Part shown: positions 25,067 through 37,019 of the stretch, one piece after another
Position numbering within the stretch: the stretch's first letter is position 1
Layout of the letters: every line of letters starts with the position of its first letter
From: Chara braunii
Lineage: Eukaryota > Plantae > Charophyceae
NCBI GenBank assembly: GCA_003427395.1
Contig: BFEA01000013.1
Span: 1,634,755 to 1,698,754 of the forward strand
DNA: 64,000 bases
Direction: 5' to 3'
Notes under the pieces: model-generated
Databases searched by the model: none
The model's input: the letters and a program-made list of their open reading frames with translations, nothing else
What the model was told of the DNA's origin: nothing
Translations under genes and position numbers: made by a program

Positions 25067-26131
25067 CACAGCTGTCGTCTTCCACATGTCATTTCCAAAG
25101 AGAGGTCTTCTTCGAAACGTCAATCCACAGAGCTCCATTGCTCTCTACTGGTGTCCTTCCATATCTTCTTCCTTCATTCACTCCTTAAAGGTTTAAAGTT
25201 TATTTGGGCTCTCAGACCACCAGTACATCCGAGCCTCTTCTTGCCGAGGTGCATTCCCCGTGCGCGCCAAGCTTCTCCGAAACATCTGCGCGATGCTTTT
25301 CCTATTCTTTTGGCCAGTGGTGCCCTCTATTTTGGTCCGGCAGCCCCGAGCCTCGCCCAAACTTCTTGAGAACGGCAGCTTTTCGATTCTCAAGTTTGCA
25401 TGCCTGTGCGATGTACCTGCGGTTTAAGGTCAACCTGGTTTTCCTTGATTGTTTATTGTTGAGGTGCAACATCTGTTTCAGAAGTTTCATTGCATCTTCA
25501 ACGTCTTCTCATCTCTCCATTCTTCTTCAGGGCATACTCACACTAGCACTTTCCAAAATGCATCTGACTGCACTTGAGGTCAGACCTCCACAAATCTGAC
25601 TGCAATCGCAGCCAGAGCTTTGTAGAAAACGTCCTAGTGTGAGTACGCGCTCAGAGTGTTTGATCCTTCAGCCGGCAATCGGTACTTCACAGTGCATGCA
25701 ACGTCATCAAACTCTAGTTTTTTCGATTTCCTAAAAGGCTCATTTGACATATATTTACTGACTTTTTCCACTTATCTGTGGGTGCAATTGTGGTCAGATA
25801 CATCCAGGTCTGCCTTTAATTGCGGCCAGATACATCCAGGAAAGTCCTAGTATGAATACGTATGCCGTCGTCTGGTTCATCGCCACCATCTTCTCCCCTT
25901 TTTGCATCCCGTTAAAGTCTCCAGCCTCTTCTCCCATTTCTTCTTCAGAGTGTTTGTTGAACGTCGATTCTTTGGAGTGCTTGCAGTCTCATTCATTGCA
26001 CACGCACACTAGGACTTGCAGTCAGATACATCCGAGTTGGGCGGTAATTACGGTCAGATTCATAATGACTTTGGTGTCATTATGGTTAGCATCAGCATCG
26101 TGATTGTCATCTCGATCATCATCATCATCTA

Positions 26132-26282
26132 ACACTCTTGTGTTCGAGCACTTTTATGTTCAAGCACTTTTGTGTTCAAGGCTTCGAGCACTTTTATGTT
26201 CGCGCACCTTTGTGTTCGAGCACTTTTGTGTTCGCGCACCCTTGTGTTCACGCACACTTCTGTGATCAAGTGCTTTTGTGCG
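26132..26282. repeat. ~16-bp minisatellite (gcacttttgtgttcga)
   Basis: About 8-9 degenerate units visible. Confidence 0.8.
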
Positions 26283-26933
26283 TCTGACTATGTTTGAGAT
26301 TGACCAAATAGGCCAGGTTCAGATTTGTCCGTACGTGGGACTGGACCAGGCATTCGTCTGTTTGTGCCTGGGCAGGACCCTGCTGCATGGGCAGGGTTGC
26401 CTGGACGTCCAGTAGGGACCCAGGCAGGCCGTTTTTGCCCAGGATTGTAGGACCAGGACTTGGGCTTGCGATCAGGACCGTCCATTGGACATCAAGATCC
26501 GACGGTCCTGATTGCCGACCGAGGACTGCAAAGCCAGGTCCAGCGGTATATAGCAGGGCCAGTCCTCCACTTTGAGGACATTTGGACTGGAGCCTCAGTT
26601 GGGCATCATGCTGCTGGAGCAGCGCCAGTTTGGGGAGAGCTGCGATAGAGATGGAGTGGAGAGGTTGGCGGAGGCCATGTCCACGAGAGAGAAAGAGACT
26701 TAACTGGGCGCTGTAGCTGGGACTCCATACCGGTTATGGGACCGGCCTTCAGCAGCAACCTGCGTTGGGAGTCGTCACCTTCACTGGTTAGTATTTGTGG
26801 CATCGTCACCAGGAGCGCGCGAGGGAGAGGAGAGTTCTTCTTCTTCTCCGCCTCCTTGTCCTGATCCTTCTCCCCTCCTCCATAGCCACTATTCTTCTTA
26901 TTCTTCTCCTCCTCCCTCTTTTTTCTTTTTCTT

Positions 26934-26971
<38 letters not shown>

Positions 26972-27722
26972 NNNNNNNNNNNNNNNNNNNNNNNNNNNNN
27001 NNNNNNNNNNNNNNNNNNNNNNNNNNNNNNNNNNNNNNNNNNNNNNNNNNNNNNNNNNNNNNNNNNNNNNNNNNNNNNNNNNNNNNNNNNNNNNNNNNNN
27101 NNNNNNNNNNNNNNNNNNNNNNNNNNNNNNNNNNNNNNNNNNNNNNNNNNNNNNNNNNNNNNNNNNNNNNNNNNNNNNNNNNNNNNNNNNNNNNNNNNNN
27201 NNNNNNNNNNNNNNNNNNNNNNNNNNNNNNNNNNNNNNNNNNNNNNNNNNNNNNNNNNNNNNNNNNNNNNNNNNNNNNNNNNNNNNNNNNNNNNNNNNNN
27301 NNNNNNNNNNNNNNNNNNNNNNNNNNNNNNNNNNNNNNNNNNNNNNNNNNNNNNNNNNNNNNNNNNNNNNNNNNNNNNNNNNNNNNNNNNNNNNNNNNNN
27401 NNNNNNNNNNNNNNNNNNNNNNNNNNNNNNNNNNNNNNNNNNNNNNNNNNNNNNNNNNNNNNNNNNNNNNNNNNNNNNNNNNNNNNNNNNNNNNNNNNNN
27501 NNNNNNNNNNNNNNNNNNNNNNNNNNNNNNNNNNNNNNNNNNNNNNNNNNNNNNNNNNNNNNNNNNNNNNNNNNNNNNNNNNNNNNNNNNNNNNNNNNNN
27601 NNNNNNNNNNNNNNNNNNNNNNNNNNNNNNNNNNNNNNNNNNNNNNNNNNNNNNNNNNNNNNNNNNNNNNNNNNNNNNNNNNNNNNNNNNNNNNNNNNNN
27701 NNNNNNNNNNNNNNNNNNNNNN

Positions 27723-27782
<60 letters not shown>

Positions 27783-29555
27783 GCTTCAAGATGGGGAGAT
27801 TTCAATACGATTGCCAACACTACGTTGTTCTGTGGATTGACGACAGGCAGTAGGGAAGAAGGCGACAGAGATGAAAACCCAGCAAGAAATTCTTGAGCAT
27901 AAGAATCAGGATCTGCAAGCAGAACTTGAGAACACCAAGGTGGGAATTCTGTTTCACCACAAAGACGGGCCAGCTTAGTTGCTCTGCCCCTTTGGTTCAA
28001 GATTGAGTAATGGGAGAATCCTCTTCTTTCTCTGCAAAGAAGGACATGCAACCATTGTAATTATGCTTTTTCATTTTTCAGATTCGTCAGAATTTTTGGA
28101 TCCTTTTTTTTTCAGTTTTTTTCTTTTTTCTTTTTCCAAACAGAAGCTGTATTGAATGTGTATTCCGATGTTCAATGCGCAGATTGCAGGTTGTTTTTTG
28201 TTCTTTTTTTTCCCTTTTCTCCCTCTTTCTCCCTCTTGTCAAAAGGGCAACAGCCTTGAGATATCATCGTCGAACTGACTGGCCCCAGGTGATTCAGAAT
28301 TATTTTATGTCATTGATCTGGATTCGAGCTTGGGTCTGCAATTCAACAGTTCACGGGTGCACCAACTGAGCCATGCAACAGTGAGGTTAATCCTTGGAAA
28401 GGAGCAATCAATGACATTCTGTTTGCACCAGGGCCAGTCCCAACGAGCTTTGCTTGGAAGATCGAGTTGATCTTCTTTGTCTGAGTGCTTTGTTGATAGG
28501 TCCGGTACGACGAGAATGGAATATCTAGGATTTGAGTTGCTGTTTTTGTCTGCATTTGGTTACGGGATTTGAACTCAGGATAGGCGACTGATAAGTACCA
28601 GGAACCGGTAGGCTTGATTTAAACAGTGTCCGTAGGTCCACAGAACCGAAGGCTTAGGACCGGAATGATTTATCGAATTTTTCAAAAGTTCAGTAGATCG
28701 ACTGAAAAATCGGGACTCAAGGCAGGAACTGACTATGCGCCTGCGACCAGGAGACCTGGTGCGGTACGAGTAATAGGCCTAGTGGGGTTGAATTGACGCG
28801 TGAAGACTGAGGAAGTGTTGACAAAAAACAGTCAGCCGCTGGGATTTGAACATGGGATCACATGAACTGTTAGTGAAAGTGGGGCTGGGTGGAGGGGACT
28901 GAAGATGTTAGGGGCGGAAATAGAACAGAGGATTTTGTAGTTTTTTACTACACCTTTGACGATATGTGCTGGGCGTTTCGTCGAGAGAGTCCTCTTTCAC
29001 CTCCCACTCGGGCAATTACGGGCATACGAATGCTTGTTGGTATGCGCGTAATTACTCGAGGAAGAGGTGGACAAGCACGGAATGACGGATAGAATGGAGG
29101 TTCTTGGGTGGGAGGAAAGATGCCTGGTGCACGTTTTGTAAGAGTGTCATAACTCACGACTCAAGAGTTTCCTTTTTTTTTAAATAAAGGTAATTCTTTA
29201 AGCCCAACCAATTCAATTACCTGTCAAATCTGGACAGGACGGCCTTTCAGGCCTTTTTTTATTGTCATTATAGTATTACGGGGAACCCCCTAGCAGCCAC
29301 ATCCGTGCTGAAGCCTCCAACGAGGGAACTTGCGGGAGCTGCACCCACCAGCAGCACCTGCTGCAGCAGGTGGGCGATACCGGCCAGGGGTCAGCTGGTA
29401 GCATCAGGACCGAGCTTCTTCGATGGGCCAGTCACTGTGCCTCCCCTCTGGTCCCCTCCCCCTATGAACATCGGCATTCTCTGTGCAATGCCACTCGGGG
29501 GGACCAACGGCATATCTCTAGGTGGCGGGCGCCAAGCTTGCCCAGGAAGGTGCAT

Positions 29556-29628
29556 GAGGCCAATGGGGATTGAACCCAAGACCTCCTGAATGCCACTTGC
29601 GTGCCTTACCAACTGAGCTTGGGCGCTC
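29556..29628 (-). pseudogene. tRNA-like sequence (pseudo-tRNA or SINE head)
   Basis: Reverse complement has A-box agctcagttggtaagg, variable loop gaggtc and T-arm/B-box gggttcaatccc; acceptor and anticodon stems pair poorly. Confidence 0.7.
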
Positions 29629-29741
29629 TTGATTCGTGTGTATTTGTGTTTCAGTTTGCTTTTGTCTTTCTTGCTTTCTAGGCCCATTGGTGTTTACAGT
29701 AACTTCTTTTTTTCTCTCTTGAGGGTCTTTTTTTTTTCCAC

Positions 29742-30234
29742 ACCACCACCTTTCAGCGTGTAAGGCGAAGTCTTGAATATAACCTATACGGCATGCTTCG
29801 GGGGCGGGGCGCCACCGAACCAAAGGCGCCAGCCAAAACGAAAGCAAAAAAGTCGTGCTGGTGCTTCGGCAAAGCTTGGCACGCAGTTCTACTTTCCCTC
29901 GGCAAAAAGAGGCTCGGAGGTAGTGGGTACCACTAGCTTTCAGGCTGAGAGGCTAAGTTGTTAATTTAACCTGCATAGCACGCTAAACGTGTTCGGCCCC
30001 CCGGACACCCGGACACGTTCGGCCGTTCGCACGAACCCATTTTCGCGGCCCGCGAACGCATTCTGCCAGGGCCGGTACCGGCCCCCTTTGGTGGTCCGCG
30101 GGGTAGGGGAGGAGTGGGGGGGTGTCTGAACGGGCGCAGGAGTTGTGTTTCGGGGTTGTGGGGGGTAGAACGTCCCCCAGTTCGTTTTCGTCGTCGGCCC
30201 CGCCGTTGCTGCCTTCGTCGCCATCGCCACGGGT

Positions 30235-30273
<39 letters not shown>

Positions 30274-31283
30274 CCCCGCCATCCATCGGTGTCCTCCTCC
30301 TCCTCCTCCTCCTCCACCTCCTTCCTTTTCGCGGCTGCCACGTCAGGCCGCGCTGTTTTTTTTTTTTCCATTTTTTTTTCCCTTCTTCTTTTTTTTCTTC
30401 TTCTTCTTCTTCTTCTTCCCTCTTCCTCCATCTTTATCGGCCCTCCTCCTCTGCCTCCCCCATCCATCCATCTCCTCCAGGTCGTCATCCCGCTGCTCCT
30501 CTCCCCTCGTCTTCGCACGGCTCAACGTCGCACTTTCTTTGTCTTCGTTTTCTTCTTCTTCTTCTTCCTCGATTGTCCGTCTTCTTCTTCTTCTTCTTCT
30601 TCCCTCCTCCTCCTCCATCTCTACCGCCCGTTGTCATCCTCCCACTTCCCTCCTCCTCAATACATCGGTCTCCTCCACTCCCCTCCTCGCGCGGCTGCCA
30701 CGTCAGCATGCGCTTTTTTTTTCGTTCTTTTCTTTTCTTCTTTCTTCTTCTTTTTCCTCTTCTTCTTCTTCTTCGTCTTCTTCTTCTTCTTCTATTCTTC
30801 CTTTTCTTCTTCTTCTTCTTCGTCCTCTTCTCTTCGACTCTTATACTTCTTTTTCGATTCTTCCCTCCTCCACCTCTACGGCCCGTCATCCTCCTACCAC
30901 TTCCACGCCCCCCCATCCATCTATCTCTCCACTCCCCTCCTCCACTCCCGCGGGTATGCCCCCCAACCCCTGAAACTCAAAAAAGTAAAAAAAAAACTAC
31001 AAATTAGATGTTAGCATTCGGGGGGAAATTACGTTCGTTCGCATTCGCCGCCGAACGTGAACGGCGTGCTACGCAGAATATAACCTACCACTGGCTTTCG
31101 GGCTGAGAGAGGCCAAGTCGAATGTAACCTACTATTTCGCCGGCGGAGACTGGGCACTACCAGACCAAAAAGGCTGGCAGCGCCAGCCAAAAGAAAACAA
31201 AAAACGCCGCGCTGGCGCTTTGCCATAGCTTGGCGCGCAGTTCTACTCCGCGTCGTCAGAAAGAGGCTTGGCGGTAGTGGTAG
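29742..31283 (+). repeat. ~200-bp dispersed/tandem repeat units at 29742-29960 and 31087-31283; inverted relatives at ~39995-40105 and ~51978-52027
   Basis: Shared gcgccagccaaaa, aagcttggc.cgcagttctact, aaagaggct.gg.ggtagtgg. Confidence 0.65.
29971..31076. mobile_element. Non-autonomous DNA transposon with imperfect TIRs and 8-bp TSD
   Basis: ctgcatagcacgc...gcgtgctacgcag; flanks aatttaac (29963-29970) and aatataac (31077-31084); interior is CTT/CCT low complexity. Confidence 0.7.
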
Positions 31284-32437
31284 TTTTGAAGGAGAAAAAA
31301 AAGAAAAGAAGAAAGAGAGAAAGAAAGAAAGAAAAGAACTCTAAGACCTTTTGAAGTTTGAATAAGTCAGGACTTAGAACTGTTAGAGGTTTTCTTTTCT
31401 TTTTTTTTAATTAATCACCTTTGGTACGTTGTCCAGAGGGGGAGGACAAGGAGAAGGAAGAGGGGGAAGAGGAGGACAAGGAGGAAGAGGAGGTGGAGGA
31501 AGAGGAAGTAGAGGAAGAGGAGGAAGAGGAGGGGCAAGGAGTGGAGGATGAGGGGAAGAGGAAGAAGAAGAGGAGGAGGGAAAGGAAGCGCGGGAAGAGG
31601 AGGAAGAGGAGAAAGGTGAGGAAGGAGAAAGAGGAGGAGAAAAGGGAACAACGGTGAAGAGTACGACGAAAAGGTGAAGCCACTTAGTGGACTGTTGCTG
31701 ATAAATGTGTACTCACACAGTCTCAGGGTTGAAAGTTCGTTTTAGTGTTTCATCAACTTCCATGCATTTACGTCATATTTCCTGGCTTGAAGTATATATA
31801 TGGGACGCTGGGCCCGGTTGCCAGCACGTGTTGCTCCCCACAAATAGATTGGAGCATTTGTCCTTTAACAAAAAAAGACGAAAAAACAAAAAGAAAGAAA
31901 GAACGATACCATCTAAATACCACTTGCTTTGTCAAATTGGTCTCTAAGAAGGAACTTGGAGATTGTGAAATTGGGGTGCTCGCTTCGTCAGCGACCAGTT
32001 TTGTTTTCACAGCCCATCTTTATGTGTGGAACGTAATCGGAGGTTTCTGACTAGCCATGGTTTGTGTTTGGGTAGCTGAGATGCGTTTGTATGCGTGAAA
32101 CGTATGCCGTGATTGCTGGCTAACCATGGTTTGCGTTTGGGTTAAAGTGGGTAGCTGATGTGCTGTATGGCAAACAAAGGGAGCAACTCATTCACTAGCC
32201 AGTGGTTGGGGGGATGGGTGCAGGGCTTGATGCGGAAGGCGGGGTTGAGAGTCAGTGTCTCTGCAAAGGACGTGCGTGAACTGAGCAACGGGGATGTGGT
32301 GCTGCGAAAGTCCGCCCACCTGGCAGCTGGAGGAGCAGAGAGCATGCAGTATCCTCAACATTCCCGTGGTGGGGAGCAATGAGATGCGAATTCCACACTC
32401 AGCCCAAAATTGTCATATGAGATGCATGGCATGGGGG

Positions 32438-32479
<42 letters not shown>

Positions 32480-32571
32480 CATCTCCTAACATCTTGGATG
32501 GTGTAGAATGAGTGGGATACGGCTGGTGTGTATGTGGATTGGTGCAGTTGGGCTGAGTGGTACAGCCGCGG

Positions 32572-32649
<78 letters not shown>

Positions 32650-34180
32650 GGGAAAACCAAACAGTGGGTTTCTTTGTGAGCTGCAGCTTTGTCCGATGGA
32701 CAAAATTGCTGTCTTCACACTTTCCGATATTTATGAGAAGGGTTGTTGTGGAGACTGTTGAGGAGGGGAAAAAGAAACATAGGATTTGTTTGTCGACTCA
32801 GTCTCGACTGCACCTTTATCCGAACTGCGACTTTGTCCAATCCAATTGATGAAATTGCTTTTCATACGTTCGGTCGTTTTGGAGATTTGGGTTGTTGTGG
32901 TGAGATGCACCGGTGTATAACAGTAATGGGGGGTACTAGGGACAAATGTGTGGTCGATGACGGGGATTGTGACTCCGCTTGAGAGCGGGAAGATCGATGA
33001 GAACTCACTTTCTCACTTACTTCCTCGCCGGGAGCTGTGGAGTATTTATTACCACCATGCATGAGTGTGCATGTCTAAACTTTATTTCCCCCAGTTGTCT
33101 GAAAACTGTGCAGATTTGAGGTTCACGTCCTCTTGCCTGGGTGTCATTCTATTTTCCTTCTAGCCTTTGGTGCCATTTCTATTTTCCGCCGTATCTTATT
33201 TTCTATTCCAGATTCTCGATGGACAGAGGGGAGGTTACCGGTGTGAGAATTGATCAACATTGGACCAAGAGACGACTTTGATGCGCAATGGTAGGAAATT
33301 CATCCCGTAGGAGGTCCTAGGCGTCGTCCTTGTTCCATTATGAATGTGATAGGATGAGATAGCAAGCGCAGGTCGTATATGCGTATGAATGCCGTCACGT
33401 AGTAGCTGGCGTAGTACTGCACCTGATTGAATAGAGCTCCGGAAAGATGAGAGAGCACCCATTAGGCTGCAACAGGGCGAGGAGGAATCACACATGCTGT
33501 CCATGGTGTCAACTCCTGAAGTAGGTAGGGGCTACTGTAAAAGGAGAAATGGAGGGAGGAGGGGGTGAAGAGCAGGGCATGACGTGGTGATACAGAACGC
33601 CATTCTGCGGAACTACCAATCGTTCCTTTTGCCTTAGTTTGTGAACCAGCGGCATTGGGTCCTACGTTGCAGTTGGAGGTACGTGGGTCAGATGAGGTTC
33701 GGTGGTGAGAGAGTGACCTGGCTTTTGATAATTGCCATAATTCTACTGACCCACCGATCCCTTTTCGCCTTCGTTCCTTAACCAGCGGCACTGGGCCGCC
33801 GCATCATCATCTGAACCTGAACCTGCAGTAGGTCCAGGAGCCATCGCCCAAACCTGGAATGCAGGTTCGGTTATAGGCCTGGCCACAGGGCCATCGCAAA
33901 ATTGGAAAGAGAAGGGGCAAGGACAAACCAATGAGGGAGGGCGATGAGGGAGGGACGAAGGGAGGGAGGAAAGGGAGACATGCGGGAAAAAGGGTGTGAA
34001 GTATTAATAGCATGGTTATGGAAAGAGCTAGGGGGGACTAGATTGAGAAAGGTCTAGTTATTATTATGTCCTAAAGGATGACGTGGGTAGTGGATAGTAG
34101 GGGGGGGGAGGGGAGGGGAAGGTGGAAATAAAAGGGACAGCCGGAAGCTTGGTTCCTGTCTTAGAAAAGCCGGGGGAGTC

Positions 34181-34289
34181 CTTCCCCCGAATACAACGTA
34201 CGGTCATTATAGCTGTAATGACCATAGCTGTATGACTGAAAGATACCCCAGGTACAGCTATAATGACCATACGTTGTATTCGGGGGAAG
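34181..34289. mobile_element. Hairpin MITE with 37-bp near-perfect inverted repeats; relative at 62911-63009
   Basis: cttcccccgaatacaacgtacggtcattatagctgta / tacagctataatgaccatacgttgtattcgggggaag. Confidence 0.75.
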
Positions 34290-34692
34290 AAGGTAGTTTG
34301 GGAAAATTGAATGCTTTTCAATGTGATGGGAGGGGTACGAAAGGGGTTGAATGATGGGGGGAAACGGGGAATTGGTTCCAGGGAAGGGGGGGAGGTGGAA
34401 GAGGGACAGCCAGAAGCTTGGTTCCTGTCTTGGAAGAGCTGAGGGATTAGTTCTGGATAATTGGGTCGTTGGTCGAATCCAACCCAGGGAGGATGCTTTT
34501 CGAAGTGATAGGAGGGGTATGAAAGGGGGGGGGAAGGGGTGAATAATGGGGGAATCGGATCAGTATTGTCTTTTCACAACTAATTCTGCATGACTACATC
34601 ACACACTATCACATGAACCTGACCCCTCAAGCTTGCGCCGCGAGCGCGATCGCATCGGAGTAGAATGGTTGGGAAACGTACTGGTTGTTTAA

Positions 34693-34884
34693 ACCACCAG
34701 TACCCCACCCAGCTATTGATGCCGAGCCTAAGTTCGCCTGTGCGCCCAAAAAAAAACGAGGCAACGCGGGCCTGCTTTTGGCTGGCGCCATCAGCCATTT
34801 CTGGTCTGGTACGCGAACTCTCAAAAATTGCGGGTGTAAACAAGCCGCAGCTTTGTTTTTCAAGTGCCGAAAGGTACGGGTGGT
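34693..34884. mobile_element. MITE at TTAA site (TIR accrcc.gtacc)
   Basis: ttaa-accaccagtacc...ggtacgggtggt-tttaa; same ends as 36814-36955. Confidence 0.65.
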
Positions 34885-35712
34885 TTTAATTTTGGTGACC
34901 CCCAGCATAGGCCATAGCAAAGCTGGGAAAGGAAGATGCATAGGGGGTTATAAGGCACAGGGAAGGACAGCTATAGGTTTGGCAATCTTCATGATTGCCT
35001 TTTCTTTTGTCTTCTTTTCTTTCCTTTTCTTTTTCTTTTTGATGGTCAATTCTTAGGTTTCTCATTATTATTACCAATTAATGTCCAGGCTCCCGTCACT
35101 AAGTACTTGACAAGACCCCTATTATGAATTGATGATTAAGTCAAAACACTAAGTGGCAAAGTGCATGTGTGTGTCAGTGCGTGCTTGTGTGTGTGTGCCT
35201 GTGTGTGTGGATGTGCGTGTTTGGGTGTATAAATTGCATACATATTACATAGGAAAAAAAAAAACCATCCTGGCACTATGTGAGTTGAAGTTGACATTGG
35301 ATTTGCAGGTATATAATTGTCAGGATATCCCAATATGTGAGGTGCATGAAAACAAAAATGGACAAAAACATTGCAAAGGCTACCCAACCTACTGAATCTT
35401 TGAGTGAAATAACATAACTGATGTCTTCATACATAGATCGGCATCAGAGAGCCTTTCCCGAACTGTATGTGCAAGTTTCCTTGGATGCAGCTCTCACCGA
35501 GGTCCTTAGTCAGCGAAAACGAAGTAAGCCGGCAGAGGCTTGGCATCTGTGACCTGGATGGATGTTGTGTGAATGATGAATCACATATGTGTTCTCCATT
35601 GGACCCTTTGTGAGGTCTGGCATTAATCGCTACTATGGTCCCTCCGTTGCCCCCAGTGTTTGCACTTTCGGCAATTCTGAATTCCAACCAATTGCAAACT
35701 TGGGATCCTTAG

Positions 35713-35900
35713 GTGTCCCCACATCTTGGATCTGCTGCCTGCAGACAGTCTGTAGGCTTTCTCCTGTGCAAACCCTCTACGTCCGAGTTCGTTAACGTTG
35801 CCGGAAGTGTCCCCACATCTTGGATCTGCTGCCTGCAGACAGTCTGTAGGCTTTCTCCTGTGCAAACCCTCTACGTCCGAGTTCGTTAACGTTGCCAGAA
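35713..35900. repeat. 94-bp near-perfect tandem duplication
   Basis: Units start at 35713 and 35807; one difference seen. Confidence 0.95.
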
Positions 35901-36813
35901 GTGGATTGATTGGTTACCACTTGCCCTTATGTTTGTTTCGGCAGGATCCATGAACTTCACCTTATAGACCGAATAGCTCGCGAGCCTTTTCCGCTCTTTT
36001 CCAACATGCTGCGATCCCCGTTGAGTTTGTCCCAATTGGGCAAGTTGGATGATTTAAACCACGTTGCGCACGCTATATGAGTGGCATTGGTTGGCTAGGC
36101 TTTGATTGAATTGAAAGCCCATCGAAATTGGTTGTGAGCACTGCACCGTATAAAAGGGATAAAAAGCTATTTTATCTTTAGAAGAGTTTATGCCCAATGG
36201 ATTATTGGAACCATATTGATGTAAAGCAGCAATATGAAGAATTCTAGCACCTGCAATTATAAAAGGAAGTAAGTAATGAAGACTACAAAAGTGGTTGTTA
36301 ACCTAAACCATCTCATTGCTGACATGGTTCGGCTTCCAAACCATACGTGAGACTTTCGCCTCCTATGGCTCTTGTCAAAATTTTAAAGATTGAGAACATT
36401 CTGAATTGACTATGAAAAACTTATGGCATGGATTTAATTCAAATCTTTTTGTGACCTAAGACTCCAGTAAATTAGGTCACCATCGAATGGACTCTTGGTG
36501 GAATGGACTGCTCCGTGTTTGCAGCTATTGTTTATCCAACTCTATCGAGTTGGATTGAACTGGCACAGCTTCCACAAGTCCTCCACGATAGCGTTGTGGC
36601 ATGTTATGTTGGAAAGTGTGCTGTTACAAAAGCCAAACAATACTCGTCTTGCATCATGTAACAAACTAGTAAGAAGATGGAGCATTCACAGACCAGGCAG
36701 CAAGGGTCATAGGCATTAAAAAATCATAATAAGAAAAACACCGCTTTAGCACTCGCTTTGATACCCAAGGAGGAACAGCAAACATGCAAAATCCACACAA
36801 GCAAAAGAATTAA

Positions 36814-36955
36814 ACCGCCAGTACCTTTCTCATATATCGGCCGCGGGCGCTGTGCGCCAAGCGCGGCTGATGGATCTGGTCGGCGCCGGAGGCCGAATCG
36901 GGTCTGCATGTTAATCGCGCATCCCAGGTCCCAAGCAGGGAAAGGTACCGGTGGT
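36814..36955. mobile_element. MITE with TTAA target duplication
   Basis: TTAA-accgccagtacctttc...gaaaggtaccggtggt-TTAA. Confidence 0.75.
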
Positions 36956-37019
36956 TTAAGGAAAAAAGTACAAGTACCATAAGGAAACAAAGCGAGAAAA
37001 AAAAAAAAAAAAAAAAAGT

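Noticed and set aside
25031-25075. Reading the ribozyme as a minimal type I hammerhead with a GUC site at 25065-25067
   Set aside because: The sequence after GUC does not pair with the bases 5' of CUGAUGA, whereas the type III fold satisfies all three stems
25193-26103. Host gene on the minus strand
   Set aside because: Short broken ORFs with no recognisable domain
26132-26282. Possible CRISPR-like arrays (also 43985-44175)
   Set aside because: Tandem units without unique spacers, no cas genes, eukaryotic context
29556-29628. Functional tRNA-Ala gene
   Set aside because: Acceptor and anticodon stems do not pair; kept as a pseudo-tRNA or SINE head
30122-31014. Long poly-S/F/R/E ORFs (also 31411-31683, 41317-42427, 53311-53952)
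   Set aside because: Products of low-complexity CTT/GGA/GA tracts
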